From contig DURD01000025.1 in assembly GCA_012837435.1 (NCBI GenBank), positions 5,840 to 69,839 on the forward strand: DNA of 64,000 nt. Reading direction: 5' to 3'. Under the pieces are notes generated by a model that saw nothing but the letters and a program-made list of their open reading frames with translations, ran no database searches and was not told the origin of the DNA. Shown here in pieces: positions 40,810 through 50,705 of the stretch. Made by a program: the position numbers and the translations under genes. Each line of letters starts with the position of its first letter. Positions within the stretch are counted from its first letter, which is position 1. Origin of the DNA: Erysipelotrichaceae bacterium (GTDB lineage Bacteria; Bacillota_I; Bacilli_A; RFN20; CAG-826).

Positions 40810-42180
40810 CTAATATGTTTTTTGTTTCTTTGGTCTTCTAATATTTGTTTCCACTAATTCGTTAACAAAATGAGCAAAAGGAATTTTTTTGCTTAATTCG
40901 ATAGCGAGGCGAATGACTCTTTCATCGATAAAGTCGTGTTGCAAAGAGACACCCACCAGTAGTTCAACTAGAATGGGATATTGTTCCTTTTCAATCTGTT
41001 CGTACTTATCATAAACAATCGGTATATAGCGACTTTTGTCATTGCTATACGCCGATACCTTTAAGAAATAATCGAGAGGTATTTGTTTTATTTTCGATTC
41101 ATTATAGGGGAGAGCGTCAAAAAACAATAAATAGGTGCTAGAAAATCCTTTCGCGGGTCCATTCATGATTTCAGAAATATAATATTGATGATTCATTTGA
41201 AACAAGTAAGTGCTTTTCAAAAGGTAGACATCTTCAATGGTTAATTCTTGGTATTTTAAATATTCCACCATCACTTGATTAGCCAATCTTTCTTCGTTGA
41301 AATTATCTTCCGCGCGGATGAGAAAATTTACTAACCCTTGACAATCGGGTGCTAATATAATGTGATAAAGATTGGCTTTTTTTGAAGGGATGTTTCTTTT
41401 TTCAAAATCACTTTTTAGGTTGCTATAAAAAGCTCTCGCCTCCTTAATCATGTTCTGACCATCCTCAGAAATTGAATCCATCAAATTGTCAAAATTCGTA
41501 GCATTTTTTTCATTAAAAAATAGGGGAGCTAAAACATCGTTAATTGCGCGAGCCTTGTATTGCCCCCTCAAATAATAGGGTGTTAATTGTTCAATGAATT
41601 GTCGACATTTTTCTATATTTTTTATGCGATGGTTTAATTTGCCGATAAGAGGAATGTTGTCTCCACCTCGAACATAGAAAAATCTTTCCAACAAATCTCT
41701 AAAATCGTTTGTTGAAATATTTTGATTAACGACAACTTTGTTTGAATTTTTATCGAGAAGTTGTTTCATTTTAAGAAAAACCGCGTACAAATGTTTACAG
41801 CTATCCCCTAGGGGACATCCACATGACAAATTTATAAAAGAATTATTATCAATTGATATTCTAAATGCATATTCTTTGGTATCTATAATAAATCCATAGC
41901 ATTCATTTTCGCTTACGTGCATATCTTTAATGGCATTTTCAACGTAATTCTGTGCACTTTTTTTGCATAGTTCATCAAATATACCTTCAAACAAACTTAA
42001 CGAAACGAATTTTGTTAAGGACACATTGCTTGCAACCGACATATGTGGGTGTGTCAACAAAACATCTCTTGTGGCTTGATCTTCACCAAAAAAAATTTTG
42101 CCTACATCGTTTTGTTCTCTTTTTATTAACACACCGAGTCCAAGCGAAAGGTGTTTAGTGATTAAATAGCGGATTGCCAT
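40810..42180 (-). CDS. SWIM zinc-finger protein of unknown function, operonic with the SNF2 ATPase
   Basis: The SWIM motif is CGCPLGDSCKHLYAV. It ends 1 nt before the SNF2 gene start. The remaining ~300 aa were not recognised. Confidence 0.7.
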   Translation of the reverse strand: MAIRYLITKHLSLGLGVLIKREQNDVGKIFFGEDQATRDVLLTHPHMSVASNVSLTKFVSLSLFEGIFDELCKKSAQNYVENAIKDMHVSENECYGFIIDTKEYAFRISIDNNSFINLSCGCPLGDSCKHLYAVFLKMKQLLDKNSNKVVVNQNISTNDFRDLLERFFYVRGGDNIPLIGKLNHRIKNIEKCRQFIEQLTPYYLRGQYKARAINDVLAPLFFNEKNATNFDNLMDSISEDGQNMIKEARAFYSNLKSDFEKRNIPSKKANLYHIILAPDCQGLVNFLIRAEDNFNEERLANQVMVEYLKYQELTIEDVYLLKSTYLFQMNHQYYISEIMNGPAKGFSSTYLLFFDALPYNESKIKQIPLDYFLKVSAYSNDKSRYIPIVYDKYEQIEKEQYPILVELLVGVSLQHDFIDERVIRLAIELSKKIPFAHFVNELVETNIRRPKKQKTY

Positions 42181-42366
42181 ACCTAAAAGTCATTATATCA
42201 AAACATCAAAAAACACGATATAAAAATTTTACAAAAATATAAACATCCGTAAAAACGCAATTCTATCGGCTAGACACTAATTTTTATCACCATAGATTCA
42301 TGCTTTCAAATATTAAGGCAAATGATTTATTTTTGAGGAAAAAGTAGTAGAATTGGTCTAGCACTT

Positions 42367-42882
42367 ATGAACCGTTCGATAGCAATCAAAAGAATTACAA
42401 GAAACGCACTCATGTTGGCGCTTCTTTGCGTTATAGGAATGTTTGCTATTCCCTTAGGAGATAACATCAAAGTTTCGTTGCAATTGCTATTAGTTTTTAT
42501 TATTGGTTTAACCGCTTATTCCGTTATCGATGCCTTGATTATTACTTCTTTATATTTAGTTATCGGATTATTTCTACCTATATACGCGGGATTTTCCGCA
42601 GGTGTTACACCGACATTTGGTTACGTTATTTCTTTTGTGGTTATCGTAATTCCTTTATATTTTCTTAACAAAATTAAAATTAAAAATCAATTTATCCGGA
42701 TGGGAATTGCTTGTGTTGTTTCTTTAATAATTTGCTATGCGATTGGAACAATATTTCTTTCTTTATATTTAAATTTAGATATTAAAAGCGCTCTATTGAT
42801 TTCAGTTGTGCCTTATATACCTTTTGATTTTGTAAAGATTGTTATTGCGGTTTTAGTTGTTTCTATATTGAATAGAAATTAA
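42367..42882 (+). CDS. bioY: BioY-family biotin transporter S component
   Basis: KVSLQLLLVFIIGL, GLFLPIYAGFSAGVTPTFGYVISF and PFDFVKIVIAVLV align by eye with BioY signature regions. It has about 6 TM helices over 171 aa. Confidence 0.65.
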   Translation: MNRSIAIKRITRNALMLALLCVIGMFAIPLGDNIKVSLQLLLVFIIGLTAYSVIDALIITSLYLVIGLFLPIYAGFSAGVTPTFGYVISFVVIVIPLYFLNKIKIKNQFIRMGIACVVSLIICYAIGTIFLSLYLNLDIKSALLISVVPYIPFDFVKIVIAVLVVSILNRN

Positions 42883-42897
42883 TTCTATACTTGATTT

Positions 42898-43776
42898 TTA
42901 AACGCTAGTTAATCTTTTTTTCTCTTTGAAAATATAACCGATTGACACGCCTAAATTGATGAAAAAGTGCAAAAATATCTCGAGTGGAAAAGACGCTAGT
43001 CTCTCTAATGGTAAGACAGGCGAAACAGCGGAAATAAATAGAGTATTATCGTAGCCGATGATAATAGTAATAATAAATAAGAGCATATTTATTGCCATTA
43101 TTACAATAATTGGAATACTTAGTTTGACGTTTCTATAAACAATAGATAGGGTTTTTATAATTAATAGCGCTAAAGGAATTAGTAGAGAAAGATATAGAGG
43201 AACCGTCATCAAAAATGTGTTAGATGTCATAAATAGACCCGACATTAATAAAGCTCCAAATCTGTTATACGCTAAACCTACAAACATGAACATCCCAATC
43301 GAATACAGTACATATCGTGGGGTTACTTTAAATCTTTCTTCATCTTCTTTAAGCTGTCTAACAAATAAAAAATAAATAATAGGCATTCCCGTCATTAATA
43401 GTGAGTGAATGATTATACCGATAATTAAATAGCCAGGGAACGGGTAAGGTTTTATAAAAGAACGATAGACAAGTAAACCTGATAACAAAGAGCCAATTAA
43501 ACCAATTAAAGAAAGGCAAAAAACAATAATGCAATATGTCGTAGATAATCGTTTAATGTTTTTTGGTTTTTTGAAAAGGCGTAATAAATAAAAGGGCACA
43601 CAAATAGTAATGGCCGCAAACATGGCGATGGGTAAATTAACCAACGAAGTATTGTTGATTAGGCCAGTACCTAAATTTGCGATATCTCCAAATATAAAAT
43701 TGCAGACGTGGAATGTCGCCAAGGATCCGACAACAAGCGCAATCAATAAACAAGCGAGAACAATATTTTTATTCAT
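42898..43776 (-). CDS. Hypothetical polytopic membrane protein
   Basis: It has 8 or more hydrophobic helices and no recognisable family. It lies 1 nt downstream of the metallophosphoesterase gene. Confidence 0.5.
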   Translation of the reverse strand: MNKNIVLACLLIALVVGSLATFHVCNFIFGDIANLGTGLINNTSLVNLPIAMFAAITICVPFYLLRLFKKPKNIKRLSTTYCIIVFCLSLIGLIGSLLSGLLVYRSFIKPYPFPGYLIIGIIIHSLLMTGMPIIYFLFVRQLKEDEERFKVTPRYVLYSIGMFMFVGLAYNRFGALLMSGLFMTSNTFLMTVPLYLSLLIPLALLIIKTLSIVYRNVKLSIPIIVIMAINMLLFIITIIIGYDNTLFISAVSPVLPLERLASFPLEIFLHFFINLGVSIGYIFKEKKRLTSV

Positions 43777-43777
43777 T

Positions 43778-44764
43778 CTACCTTACCTCATCATAGGAAT
43801 GATAATACTGCTCATAGGTCAACGAGTGATCGTCGTGAATAACAACAACTTGTCCGCCTATCAAATTCTCATCGTGATAAAAGCGATTTGTAGACGTTAT
43901 TCCGTAGCCAAGAGAAATGCCTTTATAAGTAACGCAAAAGTTATTTAAGTGATCGTGACCAAAAAACATCGCTCTTGTTGAACCGAGAGAAACCATCATA
44001 TCAAATAACCCACTATTGTAATCTGGTGGACAAATTTTTTCTCTTTTTTCTCCGAATTCATGAACCGCATCGGGATCACCTTTTTGAGATTTTTCCCAAG
44101 CTTCATTCATCTCTGGAATAGGAATGTGACAATAAATTATAGAGGGAACAACGCTTCCATTTTGTTCGGTTGTATAATTTACTATTTTTTCATACCACTC
44201 TATTTGATCTTGTTTTATATAATCATAACCAAAATAACTTCCAAAGTTATAACGGTTGCTGTCCATTATTATTATTTGCTCATGAACAGCGTTATCCTTT
44301 TTTAGATTTATTACAAAATTACAATTGCCGTAAACATTATCATTTGCAATATCTTTAAATAAACAATTTGAACCATAATTTGAAAGATATTGAGCAAGCC
44401 AGTTAATAGAAAAATTACATTGTTCATCGTGGTTACCGAACGTTACTGTCCAAGGAACACCGTGGCTATCTAAATAATTAAATAATCTTTTAGCGGTCGA
44501 CTTGGAAGCGAACGTAAATATATCGCCAGTCACTACAATGAGATGGGGGTTGGCGTCCATAATTGTCAAATCGATGAATCGATAATGAAGGTCTTGGTCA
44601 TCTTTGTCTGAAATATGTAAATCAGTCAATTGAAGAATACGAAAATTATTTTGATAAGGAATCTCAATAAAATAGTCTTTTGTCTCGGGAACAATGCGAT
44701 TATTTCCACACGAGGCCAAAAGCAGAAATGTGGCAAAAAATAGTGAAGTCAGCTTACTTTTCAT
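43778..44764 (-). CDS. Lipoprotein metallophosphoesterase (calcineurin-like)
   Basis: The lipobox is LLASCG. The motifs are LTDLHISD, VVTGDIF, FGNHDE, CHIPIPE and FGHDHLNNF. Confidence 0.85.
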   Translation of the reverse strand: MKSKLTSLFFATFLLLASCGNNRIVPETKDYFIEIPYQNNFRILQLTDLHISDKDDQDLHYRFIDLTIMDANPHLIVVTGDIFTFASKSTAKRLFNYLDSHGVPWTVTFGNHDEQCNFSINWLAQYLSNYGSNCLFKDIANDNVYGNCNFVINLKKDNAVHEQIIIMDSNRYNFGSYFGYDYIKQDQIEWYEKIVNYTTEQNGSVVPSIIYCHIPIPEMNEAWEKSQKGDPDAVHEFGEKREKICPPDYNSGLFDMMVSLGSTRAMFFGHDHLNNFCVTYKGISLGYGITSTNRFYHDENLIGGQVVVIHDDHSLTYEQYYHSYDEVR

Positions 44765-44834
44765 AATATATTGTATACGTTACTAAAAATTTTCATAAAG
44801 ACTAGTGAGTGGCAGTAATTTCGCTAGAGAAAAA

Positions 44835-46220
44835 TCATTTATTTCCATATTTAATTTTATTTTTCCAAGACATGTCTTTTAATTTAAAACACCAATTAGG
44901 TTTACCGATGGTTCCTGGGTTGTTAATGCGCGCCTCATCACCTAATTTTAATAAATCTTGTAGAGGAAAAACAGTGATAAAACTTGGAGCGTTCCAAATG
45001 TATTCAAACAATGCTCCGTATAAGTCTTTCGGATGGTGAAATTTTTCTTCTAAAAAATTGATTTTTTCCTCACTGAGAGAATTGAGCCAGCCAAATAAGG
45101 TTTGGTTATCGTGAGTTCCTGGATAAAGAATAAAATTATCATTATCATCCGCTTCATCAAAGATAATAAATTGAATAACACGCATTCCTGGAAAATTGTA
45201 ATGGTCTCTCAACTCATGCACACTATCGAATAAAATTCCTAAATCTTCAGCGATGATTTTGATTGAAGGATTTTTGCTAAAAAGACGATCAAAAAAATCG
45301 GTTCTCGGGCCAATAAGCCATTGTCCACGGAATGTATTTTTATCTTCCGCGGGAATAACAAAATATGTGTCGAAAGCTCTAAAATGGTCTAATCTGAGAT
45401 AATTACAATGTTTTGCTAGATGTAGAATACGGTTGATTAGGAAAGAATAATTATCTTCTTTCATTTTGCCAAAATCATAAATTGGAGTTCCCCACAATTG
45501 ACCTACATCTGAGAAGGCATCAGGTGGGCATCCACTCACTAATGTCGGTTCGTTATTTTCGTCTAAAGCAAATTGATCTTTATGCAAATAACAATCAACA
45601 CTGTCTAATCCAACATAAAAAGGACAATCGGCAATGATTTGAACATCATTTTTATTCGCATATTTCAATATCTTAATCCAAGCATCATAAGCAATGAATT
45701 GGCACCAAACATGATAATTAATTTCCTCTTTTTTACACGGTGGAAGATGTTTGATAATCCACTTATTCCATGGTTTTCCATCGTTTATTTTTTTAAGCAC
45801 TAAATATTGAGCATATTGTTCGGCCCAAGGGTTTTCTCTTTTAAATTTTTCGAGGCCATAGGGTTTATTTTTTAAGTTTTTAAAGGCTTTCCTTAAATAC
45901 TTTTCCTTAAATGCAAGAACATCATCGTAATTGATTGATTGACTATTTTTTTGAAAGTTTGGAACGCTTTTTAATAATTTTTTATCTACTAAAGTTTCTA
46001 AGGAAATATAACGAATGTCGATAGCTTCGCTACATATGGTGACATATGGTGAATGGCCAGGCCCAATTGGATTAAGTGGTAAAATTTGCCAAAAATGGTA
46101 CTTTTTTTCTTTCAACCAGTCAATAAAATTATAAGCGTGTTGAGAAAAATCTCCGACACCATGATTACTAGGCAAAGCAGATACAGGCAATAATACACCA
46201 AACTTTCTTCTTTTATCCAT
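44835..46220 (-). CDS. malQ: 4-alpha-glucanotransferase (amylomaltase, GH77)
   Basis: FGVLLPVSALPSNHGVGDF...WQILPLNPIGPGHSPY...LRLDHFRAF...IIAEDLG...PGTHDN. The start is chosen at ATG 46220 (MDKRRKFG). Confidence 0.9.
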   Translation of the reverse strand: MDKRRKFGVLLPVSALPSNHGVGDFSQHAYNFIDWLKEKKYHFWQILPLNPIGPGHSPYVTICSEAIDIRYISLETLVDKKLLKSVPNFQKNSQSINYDDVLAFKEKYLRKAFKNLKNKPYGLEKFKRENPWAEQYAQYLVLKKINDGKPWNKWIIKHLPPCKKEEINYHVWCQFIAYDAWIKILKYANKNDVQIIADCPFYVGLDSVDCYLHKDQFALDENNEPTLVSGCPPDAFSDVGQLWGTPIYDFGKMKEDNYSFLINRILHLAKHCNYLRLDHFRAFDTYFVIPAEDKNTFRGQWLIGPRTDFFDRLFSKNPSIKIIAEDLGILFDSVHELRDHYNFPGMRVIQFIIFDEADDNDNFILYPGTHDNQTLFGWLNSLSEEKINFLEEKFHHPKDLYGALFEYIWNAPSFITVFPLQDLLKLGDEARINNPGTIGKPNWCFKLKDMSWKNKIKYGNK

Positions 46221-46325
46221 AACAAATAGAGTATATATTTTTCTGTAAAAATTTGATAACAATTTTTGAACAATTTTTGCTCATTACAACTTTTATTATT
46301 TTTTAAACGTAGATATTATGTAGGT

Positions 46326-46946
46326 ATGCAAAATGTTAAATTATTAATCGTCGATATTGAATTGGGTTTAAAACATCGTGAATACTTGTTGAAGCACATA
46401 AGTGAGGCCCAGAAAACAAAAATGAATGCTTATACTAAAGAAGTCGATCAAATTCGTTCTCTTCTATCTTCCTATTTAAAAAATCAACTATCGAAAGAAG
46501 AAGAAAAGACCAATGCATTTGGTAAATCCTATTTCGAAAATGGCCCATGCTTTAACATTTCTCATTCTGGACAATATTTGGTAATGGCCATTGCTGATAA
46601 TGAAGTAGGTATTGATATCGAAGAAAATAATGAGCGCGATATGTCTTCTTTGATAAAAATATTCAACGAAACAGAAACAAAACTATTAAAAAGTCATGCC
46701 GATTTTTATTATCTATGGTGCGCAAAAGAAAGTTTAATTAAATGTGTGGGTGGTTCCATCAATAGAATTAAAGAAGTACCGAGCTTGCCACTAAATGGTC
46801 TTAAAACTTACAAAGGCGTTGATTATCAATGCCGCTCATTCATGTATGGAAAGCATATTATCTCTATCACTTTAAAGGGTTTGCAACCATTTGAAATTAA
46901 AACTGAAGTTATTGATAAATTTCCGTTTGTAATTCGTTTTAAATAA
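46326..46946 (+). CDS. Sfp-type 4'-phosphopantetheinyl transferase
   Basis: The motifs are FNISHSGQYLVMA, GIDIEE and WCAKESLIKCVG. The start is chosen at ATG 46326 (MQNVKLL). Confidence 0.75.
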   Translation: MQNVKLLIVDIELGLKHREYLLKHISEAQKTKMNAYTKEVDQIRSLLSSYLKNQLSKEEEKTNAFGKSYFENGPCFNISHSGQYLVMAIADNEVGIDIEENNERDMSSLIKIFNETETKLLKSHADFYYLWCAKESLIKCVGGSINRIKEVPSLPLNGLKTYKGVDYQCRSFMYGKHIISITLKGLQPFEIKTEVIDKFPFVIRFK

Positions 46947-47096
46947 TTATTTCTTTCTATTGTTTCGTCCTAGTTGTTTTAAAGTTGACGATTTGTTTTC
47001 TAGTATTTTTATTATCGCTTTTATGATTGAAAATTACACTTACGTGTAATACAATGGAAAAAGAGATATTATTTACATATCCAGAAAGGAAATTTT

Positions 47097-48629
47097 ATGA
47101 AGTCTTCTATATTTGACAAGCCTCTCTTTAGAGCGCGAGTCGACAAAAACAAAGTAAAACTATTTCCAGAAGGTGCTTTGGGCTACTTAGTTGGTCCAAT
47201 CTTAGCTCTAGTTAGCAACTCATTCATCTCTAGTTATTTACAAAAATATTATACTGATGTTTTGGGCTTATCTACTTGGGCGCCCATCTTTTTAATTTTA
47301 CTACAAGTTTTATCAGTAATTTTAGTTGTAGCTGGCAACCTCCTTGTCGGTAGATTAATGAACAAACTCAACACTAGAGCCGGTAAGGCTAGGCCTCTAC
47401 TTCTAATTAGCCTTCCCCTTATTGTTTTGGCTTTTTTTGTTATGTTTTTCTTTACACCGATGCCAGTAGAAGCTGGAGGAAATGCTAATCTCGTTGTTAC
47501 CTGTATCCTTGTAGCCTTAGGCTATAATCTATATTTTTCAATCGGTTATCCATTATATTACACCTCTCACTCCGCGCTCGTTGGTCTATCGACACGTGAC
47601 AGTAAAGCTAGAGGCTTATTAGCTACATTATCAAACGCTTCTGCTTTAGGAGCTATGGGTGTTTGTACTATGATTTTGCCCTTCTTTATTGGAACAATCT
47701 TTGATGAACCTTCAAGAGCTTATGAAGTTCTAAGATGGGTAGCTCTTGTTTTAGTAGCAGTTACCATTATCGGCACCATTTTAGAATTTGCCTTTACTCG
47801 CGAAAGAATTAGCGAAGAGCAATTTGAAGATGCGGCCTCTAAAGTTGAAGAGGAAGAAAAGAAAGAAGAAATTAGTGTTTCCAAGCAATGGAAAGTTAGT
47901 TCGAAAGATAAATTCTGGTGGATTATGATTATCTTCTTCTTTTTATATCAACTAGGAGGAATGATCAAAAATTGTTCTCAATTATATTACTGCAACGCTA
48001 TTTGGGGCGCAGCGAACGATGATGGAATTCTCGCTACAACAATTAAAGAAGTTAATAATAATGGCGGCGCTAAATCTGGTTTATTAGCAATTCTTGGTGC
48101 TATTCCCACTGCTTTAGGCATGCTAGTTGTTTGGCCGCTATCAAACAAAATTGGTAAAGCTAGGCTTATTCTCATCGGGGGCATTTTAGCCGTTATCGGT
48201 GGCGTCTTAGGTCTATTTGCAGGCGATAATTTTATCCTAGCGGTGATTGCTTTCGTCATCAAAGCTTTAGGCGGTGCTCCCGCGATGTATATCTCGTTAG
48301 CTTTATTAGCTGACGTTTCTGATCACCAAGAAGCAAAACACGGATTCCGTTGTGATGGTTTATCAATGGCCATTTATGGAGCAATTATGGTCGGCATGAC
48401 TGGTATTGCTAACGGCATTATTTCCGGTGTTCTTTCCGCAGTTGGTTATAACACTGATACCGTAGCAGGTATGACAAGTGCTGCCGTTGGCACGGCTATG
48501 ACATGGCTTTTCTTCGGTGGAGAAACCATTTGTTATGCCGTAATTGCCTTGATGTTCCTTTTCATGAATGTAGAAAAATTCTCTAAAGAAGATCACGAAA
48601 TTATCGAAGCAAGAAAAGAAAAGAAATAA
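47097..48629 (+). CDS. GPH/MFS-family glycoside-cation symporter-like transporter
   Basis: It has about 12 TM helices with a central acidic loop (EEEEKKEE). The N-terminal LFPEGALGYLVGPI and overall layout resemble glycoside-pentoside-hexuronide transporters. Confidence 0.65.
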   Translation: MKSSIFDKPLFRARVDKNKVKLFPEGALGYLVGPILALVSNSFISSYLQKYYTDVLGLSTWAPIFLILLQVLSVILVVAGNLLVGRLMNKLNTRAGKARPLLLISLPLIVLAFFVMFFFTPMPVEAGGNANLVVTCILVALGYNLYFSIGYPLYYTSHSALVGLSTRDSKARGLLATLSNASALGAMGVCTMILPFFIGTIFDEPSRAYEVLRWVALVLVAVTIIGTILEFAFTRERISEEQFEDAASKVEEEEKKEEISVSKQWKVSSKDKFWWIMIIFFFLYQLGGMIKNCSQLYYCNAIWGAANDDGILATTIKEVNNNGGAKSGLLAILGAIPTALGMLVVWPLSNKIGKARLILIGGILAVIGGVLGLFAGDNFILAVIAFVIKALGGAPAMYISLALLADVSDHQEAKHGFRCDGLSMAIYGAIMVGMTGIANGIISGVLSAVGYNTDTVAGMTSAAVGTAMTWLFFGGETICYAVIALMFLFMNVEKFSKEDHEIIEARKEKK

Positions 48630-48655
48630 ACAGCAGGATCAGTCGTTCAATAGAA

Positions 48656-48688
48656 AAAGCCCTGTGGAAATCAGGGCTTTTTGTGTTT
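48656..48688 (+). terminator. Intrinsic terminator (possibly bidirectional)
   Basis: AAAGCCCTG-tggaaat-CAGGGCTTT is followed by TTGTGTTT. The A-run on the 5' side would let it serve the convergent minus-strand gene too. Confidence 0.75.
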
Positions 48689-48792
48689 CGTTCAGTAATT
48701 TTTTAACTAGTCCAATAAATGGGTTGCTTTAGGATTTAGGGCAAAGTTCATTTTTAGAATTTAGTCCTTTTTCTTTGCTCTACTAGATGTAA

Positions 48793-50025
48793 TTATTCTC
48801 TTCCGTTAGAGCGTTTGTTGCCATTGGAATTCTTGTTTCCACTAGAACATTCATTTTCGTTACAATATTCTTTTTCATTAGCATATTTATTTCCGTTGGA
48901 TTTTTCGTTTCCACTGGTATGCTGGTTTTGACCTTTCTCACCTTTCAAATTTTGATGTTGATGTTGGTGTTGATTTGATGAACCTGATGCACGAGATCTA
49001 AATGAAAGTACATAATCAACATTCCCGTCTTCGTCAACAGTTTTGATATAGGTCATTCTCTCTTCGTCATTTGCTACGATATCAATGAATGTTGTTTCAT
49101 TAGCAATTCGATAGGAAACTTCATAGTTGAAGTCATCATAGCTGAGAACCAAATATTTGTTGCCATTTTTTTTCGTTCCGAACGCTAGTGAATATTTTGT
49201 CTCGACACCATTATCCACTTTTGTACAAACATAAACTATTTCTTGTTTGTTCCTTTTTGCGGTCTCGTCCACTTCGACAGTCGTATAAACATTTTCTGAT
49301 TCGTGTAAAGTAAATAGCGATGTGATTTGCTCTTTGCGCATTTTTATTTCTTTTTGAATTATTACATCGAAATCAAATTGAAGTTCACCAGATTGTGCAA
49401 TGCCTGAATAGGTCGTAACCGCATTACTGCTCATCATTTTTTCATTTTTTTCCACGACTGGTTCGTGATAATACAAATTGTAGGAAGCTGAGGAACCATC
49501 GACATCCGTATAATGCACTTCTTGTAAATAAGGATAATCTTCTCTATCAGATTCGAGGTCATTAATTACATAGGTATCATTATTTGTGAGAATAGCGTCA
49601 AGCTCAATAATCACTGCTTTAAGTGGATCATCTTCTTCGATAAATGCTGGATTTTCTTCCGAGATGTCTTCAACGTTTTTTGTGTAATCAAAAGCTGGTA
49701 ATCTAGGAGCTAGAAAAGAACCATTATTAATCGCAGATGTACTGGTTCTAATAGCGTTTATCACTACAGGCGCTGACTGACTAGATATAGTTTCCCGATC
49801 CATCAAGGCTGGCACTATTTTAACATTCATTCCAGACATTAACACTGCAACCGTAATTATTCCTAAGGTAAATACCGCGGCTGATGGAATAAAAATCTTT
49901 GGCCAAATTTTCTTGCGAGTGTTTTTCTCTAAATATACATAGGGCGCTATATTCTCATAAGAAACATTGGGTGTAACTTTACTTAAATTTTCTTTTTTAA
50001 ATCTTTTTTCTACGTTCATATTCAT
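48793..50025 (-). CDS. Single-pass membrane protein, putative anti-sigma factor with a low-complexity C-terminal tail
   Basis: An ATGA overlap links it to the upstream ECF sigma gene. It has one TM helix (IFIPSAAVFTLGIITVAVLMSG), a large extracytoplasmic domain, and the tail QHQHQHQ...SGNEKSNGNK...SSGNKNSNGNKRSNGRE. Confidence 0.55.
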   Translation of the reverse strand: MNMNVEKRFKKENLSKVTPNVSYENIAPYVYLEKNTRKKIWPKIFIPSAAVFTLGIITVAVLMSGMNVKIVPALMDRETISSQSAPVVINAIRTSTSAINNGSFLAPRLPAFDYTKNVEDISEENPAFIEEDDPLKAVIIELDAILTNNDTYVINDLESDREDYPYLQEVHYTDVDGSSASYNLYYHEPVVEKNEKMMSSNAVTTYSGIAQSGELQFDFDVIIQKEIKMRKEQITSLFTLHESENVYTTVEVDETAKRNKQEIVYVCTKVDNGVETKYSLAFGTKKNGNKYLVLSYDDFNYEVSYRIANETTFIDIVANDEERMTYIKTVDEDGNVDYVLSFRSRASGSSNQHQHQHQNLKGEKGQNQHTSGNEKSNGNKYANEKEYCNENECSSGNKNSNGNKRSNGRE

Positions 50026-50525
50026 ACTCCTTTATAGTATTTTTTGAGTTTTTCTAGGGCTGCATAATAGATTGACTGAATTGTGCCTATTGGAGCATCC
50101 AGTTCTTGAGCAATTTCGTTAAACGTATAGCCCAACAAAACTTTTTTTGTCACAATGTGAGTTTCCCTATTGGTCAGCTGTCCCGATAAGTTTAACTCCA
50201 AACTGTACATAGATTCATCAATGGTGCCGAACGATTCAATTTCGCCTTCCGAATACTCAAGTTTGGTCTTCTTTTTGCGATACAAATCAATCGCTCTATT
50301 TTTTGCTAATTTCGCTAAATAAAGCTTTATATTGGTATTTTCTTCAAGTTTAGGATTATTGAAAAATTCGATAAATACTTCTTGAAGAACATCTTCAGCG
50401 TCTTCTCTACTGTTTAGCACCCTCATGCATTCATAGAAAACTAAATTTTTGTAGGTGTTAAAAATAGAAATATAGGCTTTTTCATTTTTGGCTTTCATCT
50501 GTTGAATCAGCTTAGAATCAGTCAT
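50022..50525 (-). CDS. ECF-type RNA polymerase sigma-70 family factor
   Basis: It is 167 aa. Region 2 is DAEDVLQEVFIEFF...AKNRAIDLYRKK. Region 4 is an HTH (LLGYTFNEIAQELDAPIGTIQSIYYAALEKLK). Confidence 0.85.
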   Translation of the reverse strand: MTDSKLIQQMKAKNEKAYISIFNTYKNLVFYECMRVLNSREDAEDVLQEVFIEFFNNPKLEENTNIKLYLAKLAKNRAIDLYRKKKTKLEYSEGEIESFGTIDESMYSLELNLSGQLTNRETHIVTKKVLLGYTFNEIAQELDAPIGTIQSIYYAALEKLKKYYKGV

Positions 50526-50705
50526 CTTTGCCTCCTATAATATGTAACGAGAAATAATCGCGTTTTGTTTAAATTAATTTTTTTACAATTCTAACTTTAA
50601 TATAAAAAATTACTCTTTGATTTAAAATCCAATTATTAATTACTTCACAAAAAAAGCGCCTAATCTCAATTAGAACATTGCTTTTAAATGTCCTTATGAA
50701 ACTAA

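Noticed and set aside
37731-42180. Reading the SWIM + SNF2 pair as an anti-phage defence system (DISARM/Zorya-like)
   Set aside because: No methyltransferase, PLD or other nuclease, ZorABC or DrmABC partner, or mobile-element context is visible. The flanks are housekeeping sugar-kinase and bioY genes. It is kept as a finding only as an uncharacterised remodeller pair.
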